A stretch of DNA of 64,000 nucleotides. Source: Bythopirellula sp. GTDB taxonomy: Bacteria > Planctomycetota > Planctomycetia > Pirellulales > Lacipirellulaceae. Position numbers and translations under genes: made by a program. A model generated the notes under the pieces. The model was given only the letters and a program-made list of their open reading frames with translations, searched no databases and was not told where the DNA came from. The stretch covers positions 2,560,001 to 2,624,000 of the forward strand of contig OZ244170.1 in NCBI GenBank assembly GCA_965216565.1. The letters run 5' to 3'. Each line of letters opens with the position of its first letter. The stretch's first letter is position 1. Positions 9,101 to 17,951 of this stretch are shown one piece after another.

Positions 9101-10555
9101 GTACTCTTCCCGCAGGGAATCAATTTTCTCAACAAGATTGTTCCTTGCCTCCTGCAGCTCTTTCTTTTCGTCCTGCAGCGTCGTCAACTGGCTTTGCAAT
9201 GCATCAAGTGCCTGCTGCGATTCACCTTGTTGCGATTGCGACCGTGCCTCGGCGGCTGCCAACTCAGACTCAAGCGTCTCGATCGTTAATTGTCGCTCGC
9301 TAATATCTTGCTGCAGAGACTCCAGCTGCTCGCTGGAAGTTGCATGCCGCGATTGCAGTTCCGAATATTGCTTTTGCGAGACAGACAATTCACTTTCTAG
9401 GCTCGCAATTCTCGATACCGATTCGGCTGAGTCTTGTTTTAGTTCTTGGAGCTCACTGGTTGCTTTTGCGAGATCTTCGCGAAGTCCTGCGATCCTGCTT
9501 TCAGCTTCGGCCAGGCTCGATTCAAGTGCCTGATTTTTAGTGAGGTGAGCTTGATGTTGCTGCTCAAGTTCCTGGCGTTCTTGAGAGAGCGCGAAGTACT
9601 CGCTCTGCAGCGACTGCTTGGATTCCTCTGCATCCGAGAGGGCCGATTCCGCAGCGTTGGCTTTTTCGAAGGAACACGTCACTTCGCCGATCAGACGATC
9701 GATGGTACTTGCCGATTCTTGTCGTTCTGCTTCACTCGCGTCTTTCAACTCACGCAGTTGTGTCGCGAGCGAATGCTTCTCCTCGTGGGCTGAATACAAT
9801 TGCGATTGAATCGATTCAATTTGCTGTGTGTAGTTATCCGAGTCGTGGCGGAGCGTGCGCAGTGACTCAATCAAACCCCGGCAGCGAGTACGGGCATTGA
9901 GGTTTGCCGTCCACAGCCGCTGCAGCTTTCTCTCTGTTCGTTCTTTCCCTTGATCCTTTGATTTAGGCCGAGTGGTCTTCACTATCGGAGTTGGTCGCGG
10001 ATCTTTAGCGATAGGACGAGGCACAACGGGAGAGACTGGCGCCGTGCTGGAGTCGAACGCTGGAGTGCTCGTCTCGTCGGTCGAACTAGCCAGTACCGTG
10101 GGTGCAACTGACGCAGAATCCTTCGAATCGGCGGGCGTTGGGGTTGAGGTGACCGAAGACGGCTCCAGGGTGGGTGCTTCGAAACAGAGCTCCACGGGAC
10201 CGAAAGTAAGGGTATCCCCAGGTTTGGCAGTTGCTTTGGAAAAATCCTCGCCATTGAGCAGCGCACCGGGAGCCCAACGCGTGACTTCAAGTTGTTTGCC
10301 GTCGTTGACAATCAAGCAGTGCAAAGGGCGAATACCCTCTGCCTCGAGATAGATTTGGCACTGTGGACTCGATCCGATCGTGAATCTTCCCGGAGAGAGT
10401 TCCCAACTCTTGCGCGGTTCGCCCTGTTGGACAAGCTGCCAGTTTCCTAGGGAATCGGCGCTAGCGCAAACTCCAGCGTTTGAGTCGGCCGTGTTACTAA
10501 AACTAAGCGTTGACATGATATTCAGTGTTCGATTCAAGGGAGATTGTTTGGCCAT
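6179..10555 (-). CDS. Giant coiled-coil protein with an N-terminal FHA-like domain and two C-terminal TM helices
   Basis: FTIGSSPQCQIYL...LHCLI...LLNG...GDTLTFG (FHA fold); about 900 aa of E/Q/L heptads; acidic linker; two hydrophobic helices near the C-terminus. Start may instead be MSTLSF. Confidence 0.85.
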   Translation of the reverse strand: MAKQSPLNRTLNIMSTLSFSNTADSNAGVCASADSLGNWQLVQQGEPRKSWELSPGRFTIGSSPQCQIYLEAEGIRPLHCLIVNDGKQLEVTRWAPGALLNGEDFSKATAKPGDTLTFGPVELCFEAPTLEPSSVTSTPTPADSKDSASVAPTVLASSTDETSTPAFDSSTAPVSPVVPRPIAKDPRPTPIVKTTRPKSKDQGKERTERKLQRLWTANLNARTRCRGLIESLRTLRHDSDNYTQQIESIQSQLYSAHEEKHSLATQLRELKDASEAERQESASTIDRLIGEVTCSFEKANAAESALSDAEESKQSLQSEYFALSQERQELEQQHQAHLTKNQALESSLAEAESRIAGLREDLAKATSELQELKQDSAESVSRIASLESELSVSQKQYSELQSRHATSSEQLESLQQDISERQLTIETLESELAAAEARSQSQQGESQQALDALQSQLTTLQDEKKELQEARNNLVEKIDSLREEYSASEQTISSLQDQLQSYELTAGEAEKQNAKYVTTIEHLHSELSIKEQQRDHLSQFQDEALQRQEHLEQQLADSKAELEQLQEHLSKAAFAEKSAQEKLAESVATIDSLRAELQQKEILEQEFAGKASHIAQLQEQLHQALENEELARADSESQLATIENLREELAGQGSKDEELEAAKQAAANNLAELEQQLEEAKSSEQAAREQSQENLATIEALRADLAGHESQHHELESAKAEVIERLESLEKQLAERDKTVEKFQSEHESLCETLQEFEESAFLQVEANQELEEKVKELTSEREQYLAEGSNRSRQVVELEESLTDRDKQIQSLQNKLKSVLEEKSKAEELAAEHEQLADRLMAESAELGERFESLNSAASLDQQCRQELEDSIAQQKSQIADLTAELEKSRNSQATLEQDASQYETTKSQLSDELDEWQQKLRDLEQEFDSETERWNEESQISAKRKERIELLEVDLRSSQSELNQANEKIAKLHAKDLETEQALSELRDQLELKLNGVNNIESTIAETAEQRDKLAQQLEQAEQELAELRVQLENSSEDPANDSQVVESLELAKQELQTELDSQQGRLEQLAEELEASQAERESTESQLADITARFESAQRDLAAAQDCLRVAEQQLLQQHSSQQAPTEVLVSDSPVQAAPPAEAKDSVESDGPEALSQELPQEEPQESTVSTDSAELSENDSTEGDPTEALDRLREMSVWKDDEQSATSEQEPEEPVEEFQPPSFIDQFGGMISEESSDDLQHQTSSIANTPAATADNLSNDALPESSEDEALEAYMQSMMSRVRGDSSPSLQQPTSFVEPVSLAKDEVATQEVEQQEDLAPLDLESLKVSSKKPPLPTDIRAMRELANSSARRAIAKHSKRRYKESAVSKFLVCIVAGIAAFYMMISAKSFFSPMLIGGLISATFSVVWCMKLLALIFQNIRGDEWESDDEDVSVPGNFETLPEDTVSGSSDPNA

Positions 10556-11234
10556 TCTGCGTACGGCGCAGCCTGGGCGCGATCTTTTCCCGCAAGAAAA
10601 TGTAGGTTATAGAAACCGCCTGTTGGCGAAGGCCCCTCAGTCGAGGCAGACTGATCCGCAATATGCGATCAACTGGAAACTCATGCATCGCCTGAAACCC
10701 AGCAAGCGTTCCGGCTGTAGTGATTGTTTCGGTTGCAACTGAAACAGTCATTCCCACGTCTTTCAGCAGCCGATGATCGACGAGGGGTGATAGGCTAAGC
10801 GGCCCTTCGCTCTTGGGTTCAACGGGCCCTAGGTAACGCCGGGATTGTCCAACAGAAACTGCTAGTGAAAAAAGTCACAATCTTTCGCCGAACACGCCAG
10901 CGGTACGCGGAAGTGATTGCAAAATAAGGATTTAGTGAAAAACCGGCGGCCCACCCGAGGCAAAAGGGCCGACATTTAGCAAGTTGAGACCTTTTTGGCC
11001 TAACTTGCGTACTATAGTTACGGTGCAACCCCTAGATCGGCCTCACAAGGAGCCGAAGGGGAATTATTGGAACAGACTGTATATGACCCGAGTGAAACGC
11101 GATCGGATCGCTTTGCCGGGTGGCAATTAAATTGAGGCAATCGCGACGACCCGAGAGAACACCCCCTACAAGAATTCAAGGTTATTAGATTTCAAGGAAC
11201 GTGGTGTCGCGATTCAACTGAGAAGAGTGGAATT

Positions 11235-11678
11235 ATGGCTCGTAAAGATTCAATCATGAAGCTGCACGCGCTGCTAGTTAATCGTCGCGATGCGCTTCGA
11301 AAGGCTCTGGCTGGCGACTTGAGCTTGCTCAAGGCACTCCCCGATCAAATAGGTGGCGACGTCGTCGATGCTGCGTTGGATGCAGCCCAGGACGAAATCA
11401 GTTCCAAGCTAGCAGAAGTCGAAAGTCGAGAGCTGGCCCAAATCGAAGGTGCGATTGAACGCGTCCGCGAAGGCACCTACGGTCAATGCCAAGTCTGCAA
11501 CGGCAAGATTCCGCTGGCCCGCTTGAACGCTCTGCCCTATGCCATGACTTGCATCGAATGCCAGCGTGCCGCGGAAACCGGTGAAGGCGGTCCCGCCACA
11601 GGAGCCGATTGGAGCCGCGTTATGGATACCAGTTTAGGCGATAGTGAAGTAAGAATAAGCGACATGGAAACCAGCTGA
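11235..11678 (+). CDS. dksA: DksA/TraR C4 zinc-finger protein
   Basis: DVVDAA coiled-coil tip; YGQCQVC...IPLARLNALPYAMTCIEC. Confidence 0.85.
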   Translation: MARKDSIMKLHALLVNRRDALRKALAGDLSLLKALPDQIGGDVVDAALDAAQDEISSKLAEVESRELAQIEGAIERVREGTYGQCQVCNGKIPLARLNALPYAMTCIECQRAAETGEGGPATGADWSRVMDTSLGDSEVRISDMETS

Positions 11679-11722
11679 TCTAGGGCTGTTTGCAAAAGAA
11701 CTTACTTCCAACAGATTGGCAG

Positions 11723-11731
11723 TGTTATAAT
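11723..11731 (+). promoter_or_regulatory. Extended -10 promoter element upstream of htrA
   Basis: TGTTATAAT (TGn-TATAAT) about 90 bp before the start. Confidence 0.5.
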
Positions 11732-11821
11732 CAATGCTCTGCTCCTTGCGTGGCTTTTTTGATAGGCCACGTTAGGGGCATGAGCCTTTTTTCTTGATAC
11801 ACATTGTCTGAGGAGTCCGCA

Positions 11822-12988
11822 ATGTTGCCGCGTCCTGCAGTTCGGCTGAGCCCTTTCGTTCGACAAAGCAGCCTCCTCACTCTTGGCGCCGTGTTCGGCT
11901 TGGTCGTACTCGCCAGCAGTTCTGCAAGCGCTCAACGTTTTGCGCTGACTTCCGAGACTCAGGTAGACCGCGAACAACTATTTGCCGACTTGGCTCGCGA
12001 TGTCGAACAGCTAGATCGCGAATTGGGAATCTACAAACGAGTTGCAAAACTTGTTTCGCCATCGGTCGTTCATGTCGAGTCAACACCCCTACCCGAATAT
12101 CGCTTTCGCCGCGATGTGGAAGAAGCCGGTTCGGGAGTGCTCGTGCGATATGACGGACAAGACTATGTGCTAACCAATCGGCACGTGATTAAGCATTCGC
12201 GCGAAGATCTGATTCGGCTGGAGGTGCATGACGGTCGTCAGTTGAACCCCACTCAAATTTGGAGCGACACCGAAACGGATGTCGCGGTACTCAAAGTCAC
12301 CGCCAGTGGTTTGATACCGGCCAAGATTGGGAATAGTCGCTCGACCGAGATCGGCGAAATCGTCATGGCCTTCGGCAGCCCATTCAATCTTCGCCAGAGT
12401 GTGACCCGCGGAATCATCAGTGCCAAGGGAAGATCGAATTTGGATTTGGGCGAGGGCGAAGTCGACTATCAAAACTTCATCCAAACCGACGCCGCGATTA
12501 ATCCCGGCAATAGTGGAGGCCCACTCGTGAACCTCCGCGGCGAGGTCATTGGCCTGAACACAGCGATCGCCAGTAGCTCGGGAGGCAACGAAGGGATCGG
12601 TTTTTCAATTCCCATCAACGTTGCCGTGCGAATTATGCGTGAACTCATCGAAACGGGTGGCGTGGAACGAGGGTTCTTAGGCGTGAAGCTCGACGCACGC
12701 TTCGATGGTGCGTCGGCACGCTACTTGGGATTGCCACGACTGATGGGAACTCGAGTGACCGAGGTCACAGCACGTTCGCCCGCAGCCGAAGCAACTCTCA
12801 AAGAGGACGACGTGATCCTCCGTTTTGACGGGCTCAAGGTCGAAAACATGCAGCACCTGATCAATCTTGTGAAACGCACCGAAATTAATAGCAAGGTGCA
12901 GCTCATGGTCTTCCGCGATCGGCAGGTGCAGAAGTTTCAGGTCCATATTGGACGCCGAGAAGATTACCTAGATGCCTCGGTGGAGTAG
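11822..12988 (+). CDS. HtrA/DegP-like trypsin serine protease with one PDZ domain
   Basis: LTNRHV (His), TDVAVL (Asp), IQTDAAINPGNSGGPL (Ser); PDZ with RGFLGV; signal peptide. Confidence 0.92.
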   Translation: MLPRPAVRLSPFVRQSSLLTLGAVFGLVVLASSSASAQRFALTSETQVDREQLFADLARDVEQLDRELGIYKRVAKLVSPSVVHVESTPLPEYRFRRDVEEAGSGVLVRYDGQDYVLTNRHVIKHSREDLIRLEVHDGRQLNPTQIWSDTETDVAVLKVTASGLIPAKIGNSRSTEIGEIVMAFGSPFNLRQSVTRGIISAKGRSNLDLGEGEVDYQNFIQTDAAINPGNSGGPLVNLRGEVIGLNTAIASSSGGNEGIGFSIPINVAVRIMRELIETGGVERGFLGVKLDARFDGASARYLGLPRLMGTRVTEVTARSPAAEATLKEDDVILRFDGLKVENMQHLINLVKRTEINSKVQLMVFRDRQVQKFQVHIGRREDYLDASVE

Positions 12989-13028
12989 AATACTCTGATC
13001 TGCTTAGGGCGAGCAACACTCTCTAAAC

Positions 13029-13089
13029 GTAGCTGGATTCCCAAGAATTCAGAAATTCTCATTGGCTGAATTCTTGCGAATCCAGCTAC
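13029..13089. repeat. GTAG-type palindromic element, family A copy 2
   Basis: GTAGCTGGATTCCCAAGAATTCAG...CTGAATTCTTGCGAATCCAGCTAC between convergent genes. Confidence 0.9.
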
Positions 13090-13100
13090 GGTCCTCGGTC

Positions 13101-14030
13101 CTACGGTGCCTGCTGGAAACTTCGCGTCATGCAATCGAAGGCGCCCGCCACGTCGAGTTCTACAGCGACGTCGATATTGGGCTGTTCGATACTATTGCGG
13201 CGGCGGTCGAACACCGTAGCTGCGTGGGTAAGATCTCCCGCTACTTCGACATCGCCAAAGAGACGCTCGGTGGTAATGAGTTCGGGGTGCAGAGCTACCG
13301 CCACTGCGATGGCCTCGGGTGCGAACATGCCTTCCAGACCCAGCACCTGTCGGTGCGCTCGGTAAGCGGCGGGCATGATCTTGTGCAAAACTCGGCCGGT
13401 ACGTGACGAATCGTCCGGGAGTTGGTTGAGATAGTCGAATTCCAGGATGGCCGTAGTGGTCACATCGATAGGGAGCAAAGTCTTGGTGATCGGGAGATCA
13501 AACACAAACTTCGCTGCATCAGCATTACAATAGAAATTGAATTCTGCGGCGGGGGTGATGTCGCCGGGGCCGAGGTAGGTCCCACCCACAATTATCAGGT
13601 GCCTGATCTGCAAGGCTAGATCGGGCTCCAGTTTGAAGAGCGTCGCCAAATTCGTCAGCGGTCCGCCGGCGATAATGGTGAGGTTGTTCGGGGCGTTGCG
13701 GATTTCGTCGGCGATTACCTTGGTCGAGGGATGCACATGATGCAGTTCGGCACCGCGGACGTCGGCACCACACAGGCCATCTTCGCCGCACAGATCTCGC
13801 CTGTCTGTGCGCAGCATTCGCTCGGGGTCGGCTGCCCCAATTCGCGGCCAGTGGGGTGGATCGAGTTGTTCGATCAGAGCCTGGGTGTTGCGAGTCGCCT
13901 GTTCCGCAGAGACGTTTCCGCCGGTTGCGGTGACTGCCACCACTTCCAATTCAGGATTCCCTAACGCCAGGCAGAGTGCCAACGCGTCGGAGACGCCGGG
14001 ATCGATGTCCAATAAAATCTTGCGTGCCAT
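13101..14030 (-). CDS. Inosine/uridine-preferring nucleoside hydrolase
   Basis: LLDIDPGVSDALAL, GGPLTNLA and AEFNFYCN motifs. Confidence 0.88.
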   Translation of the reverse strand: MARKILLDIDPGVSDALALCLALGNPELEVVAVTATGGNVSAEQATRNTQALIEQLDPPHWPRIGAADPERMLRTDRRDLCGEDGLCGADVRGAELHHVHPSTKVIADEIRNAPNNLTIIAGGPLTNLATLFKLEPDLALQIRHLIIVGGTYLGPGDITPAAEFNFYCNADAAKFVFDLPITKTLLPIDVTTTAILEFDYLNQLPDDSSRTGRVLHKIMPAAYRAHRQVLGLEGMFAPEAIAVAVALHPELITTERLFGDVEVAGDLTHAATVFDRRRNSIEQPNIDVAVELDVAGAFDCMTRSFQQAP

Positions 14031-14253
14031 AGGCTTCGTGCCGCTCGGGAAGAATGAGCTTCTATCAAGGGGGAGCTTCTATCAAAGGATCGTGATTCTA
14101 TGATTTCTGCGGAAGCGAAGCAAGCAGGAGAGAGTTTCTGTAGCGAACAAGAGAATGTCTCGTGAACAGGACTTCCAAGCAGCAAGAGTTGGCATAATTT
14201 GCTATGCTAACGGCAAGTTCGATTCCACATACTATTGGTAGATAACATTTCTG

Positions 14254-15276
14254 ATGAGCAGCGACTTTAATTCTTTGTTGGGGCGGATCTCGGCTGGGGA
14301 AGATCTCTCTAGTTTCGAGATGACCGACGCGATGAGCCAGGTGATGACCGGGGGTTGTAGCGAAAAGCAGATCGCCATGCTGCTGACTTCGCTCCGTGCC
14401 AAGGGCGAAACCGTGGAAGAGGTGGCCGGTGCCGCCGCGGCCATGCGGAAGCACATGACGCCGATTCGCAGCCGTCACGAGAAGTTGCTCGATACTTGTG
14501 GCACCGGCGGCGGGGGAAGTTCAACCTTTAACATCAGTACGACCGCAGCCCTGGTGATTGCGGCTTCAGGCGTCCCGCTGGCCAAGCATGGCAATCGTAG
14601 CGTCACCAGCAAGAGTGGTTCTGCCGACGTTCTCGCTGCTTTGGGAGTGAATATCGAAGCGAGTGTCCCGCAGGTGGAACGCTGTCTCGACGAATTGGGC
14701 ATTTGCTTCTGCTTTGCGCCACTCATGCATCCAGCCATGAAGCATGTGGCCGCAGTGCGCAAGCAACTTGGTGTGCGAACTATCTTCAACTTACTGGGGC
14801 CGCTGGCGAATCCGGCCGGGGCTAAGTACCAGCTACTAGGGGTAGGCATGCCCGAACTCAGGCCACTCATTGCATCGGCTCTCCGTCTCCTGGATGTCCA
14901 GCGGGCACTGGTCGTCAGTGGTCGCGATGGACTGGGCGAAGTGACACTGGCTGACGTGACGGACGTAACGCAAATCATCGGCAATCAAGAATCGGAATTT
15001 ACTTGGAGCCCACCTGATTTTAATCTGCAATTGACTGAGCTAGACACGATTCGCGTAGACGGCCCCGAGCAAAGTGCCAGCGTCGTGAAAAACGTGTTGG
15101 GCGGAGAGAAATCGGCCGCCCGCGATATCGTTCTGCTCAATGCCGCGGCGGGATTGCTTGCTGCTGATTGTCTGCAGGATCCGACGGAAGCCGCTGGCCT
15201 GGCTGCCGAAACGATTGATAGCGGCGCGGCTGCAAATCTGCTTGAGCGATTAGCTAAGCTCTCGCATGTCAAGTGA
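14254..15276 (+). CDS. trpD: Anthranilate phosphoribosyltransferase
   Basis: DTCGTGG, FNISTT, KHGNRSVTSKSGSADVL, RTIFNLLGPLANP. Confidence 0.96.
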   Translation: MSSDFNSLLGRISAGEDLSSFEMTDAMSQVMTGGCSEKQIAMLLTSLRAKGETVEEVAGAAAAMRKHMTPIRSRHEKLLDTCGTGGGGSSTFNISTTAALVIAASGVPLAKHGNRSVTSKSGSADVLAALGVNIEASVPQVERCLDELGICFCFAPLMHPAMKHVAAVRKQLGVRTIFNLLGPLANPAGAKYQLLGVGMPELRPLIASALRLLDVQRALVVSGRDGLGEVTLADVTDVTQIIGNQESEFTWSPPDFNLQLTELDTIRVDGPEQSASVVKNVLGGEKSAARDIVLLNAAAGLLAADCLQDPTEAAGLAAETIDSGAAANLLERLAKLSHVK

Positions 15277-15296
15277 AGTAAAGGGAACATCGGAAC

Positions 15297-16103
15297 GTGC
15301 CTCGAACTCCCGTTAGCCGCGATCTCACCGGCCAGATGGTCTTTCTCGGTACAGGCACCTCCGTCGGCGTGCCGGCCATTGGCTGCGTATGCGATGTTTG
15401 CACCAGCGACGATCCCCGCAACAACCGCACCCGCTGCTCGGTAATTCTCGGTCTGCCCGAGGGAAATTTGCTGATCGACACGCCCCCCGACCTACGGCAT
15501 CAACTGCTGCGGGAAAAAATCGGACTAGTCCACGCGGTCGCTTACACACATTCGCACGCCGACCATCTGTTCGGCCTCGACGACCTGCGGCTGATGCAAT
15601 TCTACCTAGGCGGTCCAGTCACCTTGTACTGCGAACCGACGGTCGAAGCACGAATTCGCAAGTCCTACGACTACGCCTTCGGCAACGCCGACATGCTGCA
15701 TGCCGGGGCAGTCCCCAAGCTGGAGATTCACGAGATCGGCCTAGAACCGTTCGAAGTGCTGGGGGCTAGAATTGTTCCCCTGCGGTTAAATCACGGCCCG
15801 CACTGCCAAGTACTAGGCTTCCGCATCGGCAACGTGGCGTATTGCACCGACACGAATGCCATTCCCGCCGCGAGTATGGAGCTGCTGCAAGACCTGGACG
15901 TGCTGGTGCTCGATTGTCTGCGGCACGATCCCCACGCGACGCACTTTGGTCTGGACGAAGCCTTGGAAGTCGCGGCGGAGCTGGCGCCAAAGCGGACGCT
16001 CTTTACACACATGTCGCACTCGCTCGACCATGCGGAGACGAGTGCGAAGCTTCCTGCGGGGATTGAGCTGGCTTACGACGGGCTGGTGCTGCCGTTGAGT
16101 TAG
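15297..16103 (+). CDS. MBL-fold metallo-hydrolase (PhnP-like)
   Basis: FLGTGTSVGVP, CxCxxC, THSHADH, YCTD, THMSH, AYDGL. Confidence 0.9.
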   Translation: MPRTPVSRDLTGQMVFLGTGTSVGVPAIGCVCDVCTSDDPRNNRTRCSVILGLPEGNLLIDTPPDLRHQLLREKIGLVHAVAYTHSHADHLFGLDDLRLMQFYLGGPVTLYCEPTVEARIRKSYDYAFGNADMLHAGAVPKLEIHEIGLEPFEVLGARIVPLRLNHGPHCQVLGFRIGNVAYCTDTNAIPAASMELLQDLDVLVLDCLRHDPHATHFGLDEALEVAAELAPKRTLFTHMSHSLDHAETSAKLPAGIELAYDGLVLPLS

Positions 16104-16151
16104 CTGGTTCCATTTCAATCTTCGGTAGTCTGCGTGTCTTCATGCTTAGTC

Positions 16152-16535
16152 CTAAACTGCGGCATTGCCGGCTTCGTACTTGCTCGGCTTTCCGTGAATC
16201 CGAGCGTACAACATCAGATGGGCGAAGTTCGAGATTGCGAGCACCAGCAAAACGGCGCCGATCTTGGTGCTGAGTAGTTCCATCGCATCGATGCTCGTAG
16301 CGGCACGACCCCCAAGTTGAAGCGCCAGCAGGATCAGTCCGATGTGGAGCAAGTAGAAGCCAACCGAGAGGAGGTGGCTGATGGAGCTAGCCAGCTCTTC
16401 GTTGCCCTTGCATCCACGGGTGAGAAATATCTTGCCATTGACTCTCAGTCTTTGTGCCACCCAGATGGTGACGGGGATACTCACTGCCAGGTAAACGGCG
16501 TAAGCGGTAGGCATAATCGAGGCTGTGGTAAACAT
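16152..16535 (-). CDS. Small uncharacterised membrane protein (paralog 2)
   Basis: YLAVSIPVTIWVA...NGKIFL...VGFYL...LSTKIG; AAAGGAG RBS. Confidence 0.8.
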   Translation of the reverse strand: MFTTASIMPTAYAVYLAVSIPVTIWVAQRLRVNGKIFLTRGCKGNEELASSISHLLSVGFYLLHIGLILLALQLGGRAATSIDAMELLSTKIGAVLLVLAISNFAHLMLYARIHGKPSKYEAGNAAV

Positions 16536-16597
16536 TATTGTGCTCCTTTCAGGTGGTGGGTGCGGCTTGCAGGAGGAGGCGAAGCTTACCCCTTCAA

Positions 16598-16632
16598 CCC
16601 TCCCCTAACCCCTCCCATTCAAGGGAGGGGGA
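16598..16632. repeat. CCCCTAACCCCTCCC...GGGAG hairpin repeat, family C
   Basis: CCCTCCCCTAACCCCTCCC is shared with 54967..55006. Confidence 0.7.
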
Positions 16633-16643
16633 TTTGTTTTCAC

Positions 16644-17015
16644 TTAGCCAAAGTAATTTCGTCGGCGCAGCTTATTCCTTGAATTCGTTGTGATCTTGGT
16701 AAACACGATCATATTTCCGAAGTGCATGACGCTGAGCACTACCATCACGATGCCGATTTTCATCGAGAGGAATTCAATCGACTGCGCGAGGTTGTGCGGC
16801 TTAGTTCCATATTTCAGAGCGATAGCCACAAAGGCGATGTTCACCAGATAGAAGCCGACGATAAGTAGATCGTTGACGGCGTCGGCTAGCTTTTCGTTTC
16901 CGTGAAAGCACTTCAGCAAGAAGATGCGACCTCGATGGTGCAGGGTATATCCAACCCACACCGTGATCAGAATACTTACCACCAGATAGATTGCGTAAGT
17001 GATCGGAAGACTCAT
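16644..17015 (-). CDS. Small uncharacterised membrane protein (paralog 1)
   Basis: YLVVSILITVWVG...RGRIFL..CFHGNEKLADAVNDLLIVGFYL...LSMKIG; GGGGAGG RBS. Confidence 0.8.
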   Translation of the reverse strand: MSLPITYAIYLVVSILITVWVGYTLHHRGRIFLLKCFHGNEKLADAVNDLLIVGFYLVNIAFVAIALKYGTKPHNLAQSIEFLSMKIGIVMVVLSVMHFGNMIVFTKITTNSRNKLRRRNYFG

Positions 17016-17195
17016 AACAACCTCCCCTTTCACAGGAAGAACCGCATTTCCAAAGCTTGAGTAACCAAGAAGCTAGACAGTTCGTGAAGTTTCGCCCGAC
17101 CGTGCCCCCTGGCCTGCGGTCGGAAGTTCGTGCTACTGCGTTGGTGGGTCTATTTGTTCTGACGAAGCAGCAACGCAGACGCCAGATAGAAATCT

Positions 17196-17204
17196 TGCTA
17201 TAAT
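17196..17204 (+). promoter_or_regulatory. Extended -10 promoter of the TA operon
   Basis: TGCTATAAT about 36 bp upstream of the ATG at 17241. Confidence 0.55.
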
Positions 17205-17240
17205 CGAAAAAGTCACCACCACTTTGGAGTATCAGGAATC

Positions 17241-17486
17241 ATGGTCGTCTATCGCACATCTGCAGACATTCCCGAAGATCGGCGTCTTATCCTGAATCTG
17301 CCGGCGGATATTCCTACGGGTGAGGTGGAGGTGGTGGTTACCGTTGCTCCTAAGACATGCGAGGAATCGCAGCCAGGTAGTGTGCGTCAGCTTTTTGGCA
17401 GCTTGAAGAGCCAGAACCCGAAGTCGGGCGATAATGATCAGATCGATCAAGATCTTGGCAATGCATATCGTGGGAAAGAAGAGTAA
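17241..17486 (+). CDS. Putative antitoxin (VapB-like)
   Basis: 81 aa, immediately upstream of a PIN toxin; LPADIPTGEVEVVV beta-rich N-terminus. Confidence 0.65.
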   Translation: MVVYRTSADIPEDRRLILNLPADIPTGEVEVVVTVAPKTCEESQPGSVRQLFGSLKSQNPKSGDNDQIDQDLGNAYRGKEE

Positions 17487-17495
17487 GGGTGCAGA

Positions 17496-17891
17496 ATGCT
17501 GCTGGATACCTCCGGGCTTCTATGTTGCTTAGACAGTAGCGAAGAGCGACACGCAACGGCCATAGAATTGTATGAGGCTGCATCTCAGCGTATTACCCAC
17601 AATTATGTTTTTGCTGAGCTAATTGCGCTTGCGCAGGTTCGAGGTGTGGCAAGACAGGAAACGATTCAGTTAGTCATTACGCTAGCAAGCGATTCAGATG
17701 TCGAAGTCGTCTGGGTGGATCGGCTGCTCCACGAAGAAGCATTGAAGATGCTACTAGCACAAACAGATAAATCGTACTCTCTTTGCGATGCTGTGAGCAT
17801 GACTCTCATGGCCAAACGCGGCATTTCGGAAGCTCTGACGACCGATCGGCATTTTGATCAAGCAGGCTATCGCCGACTGTTGAGCGAATAG
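17496..17891 (+). CDS. PIN-domain toxin (VapC family)
   Basis: LLDTS, FAE, SLCDAVS and LTTDRHF...AGY acidic tetrad. Confidence 0.9.
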   Translation: MLLDTSGLLCCLDSSEERHATAIELYEAASQRITHNYVFAELIALAQVRGVARQETIQLVITLASDSDVEVVWVDRLLHEEALKMLLAQTDKSYSLCDAVSMTLMAKRGISEALTTDRHFDQAGYRRLLSE

Positions 17892-17951
17892 GGATCCAGC
17901 GGTAACTCTAGCCCCCTGGCCCCTGCCCTCTCCCCCCGATACCTTAGAAGT

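Noticed and set aside
6423..10352. Numerous Ser/Cys-rich plus-strand ORFs
   Set aside because: Antisense shadows of the E/Q/L-rich coiled-coil gene.
11030..11235. GGA motifs and a hairpin in the dksA leader as CsrA sites
   Set aside because: Too few and too short to distinguish from chance without conservation data.
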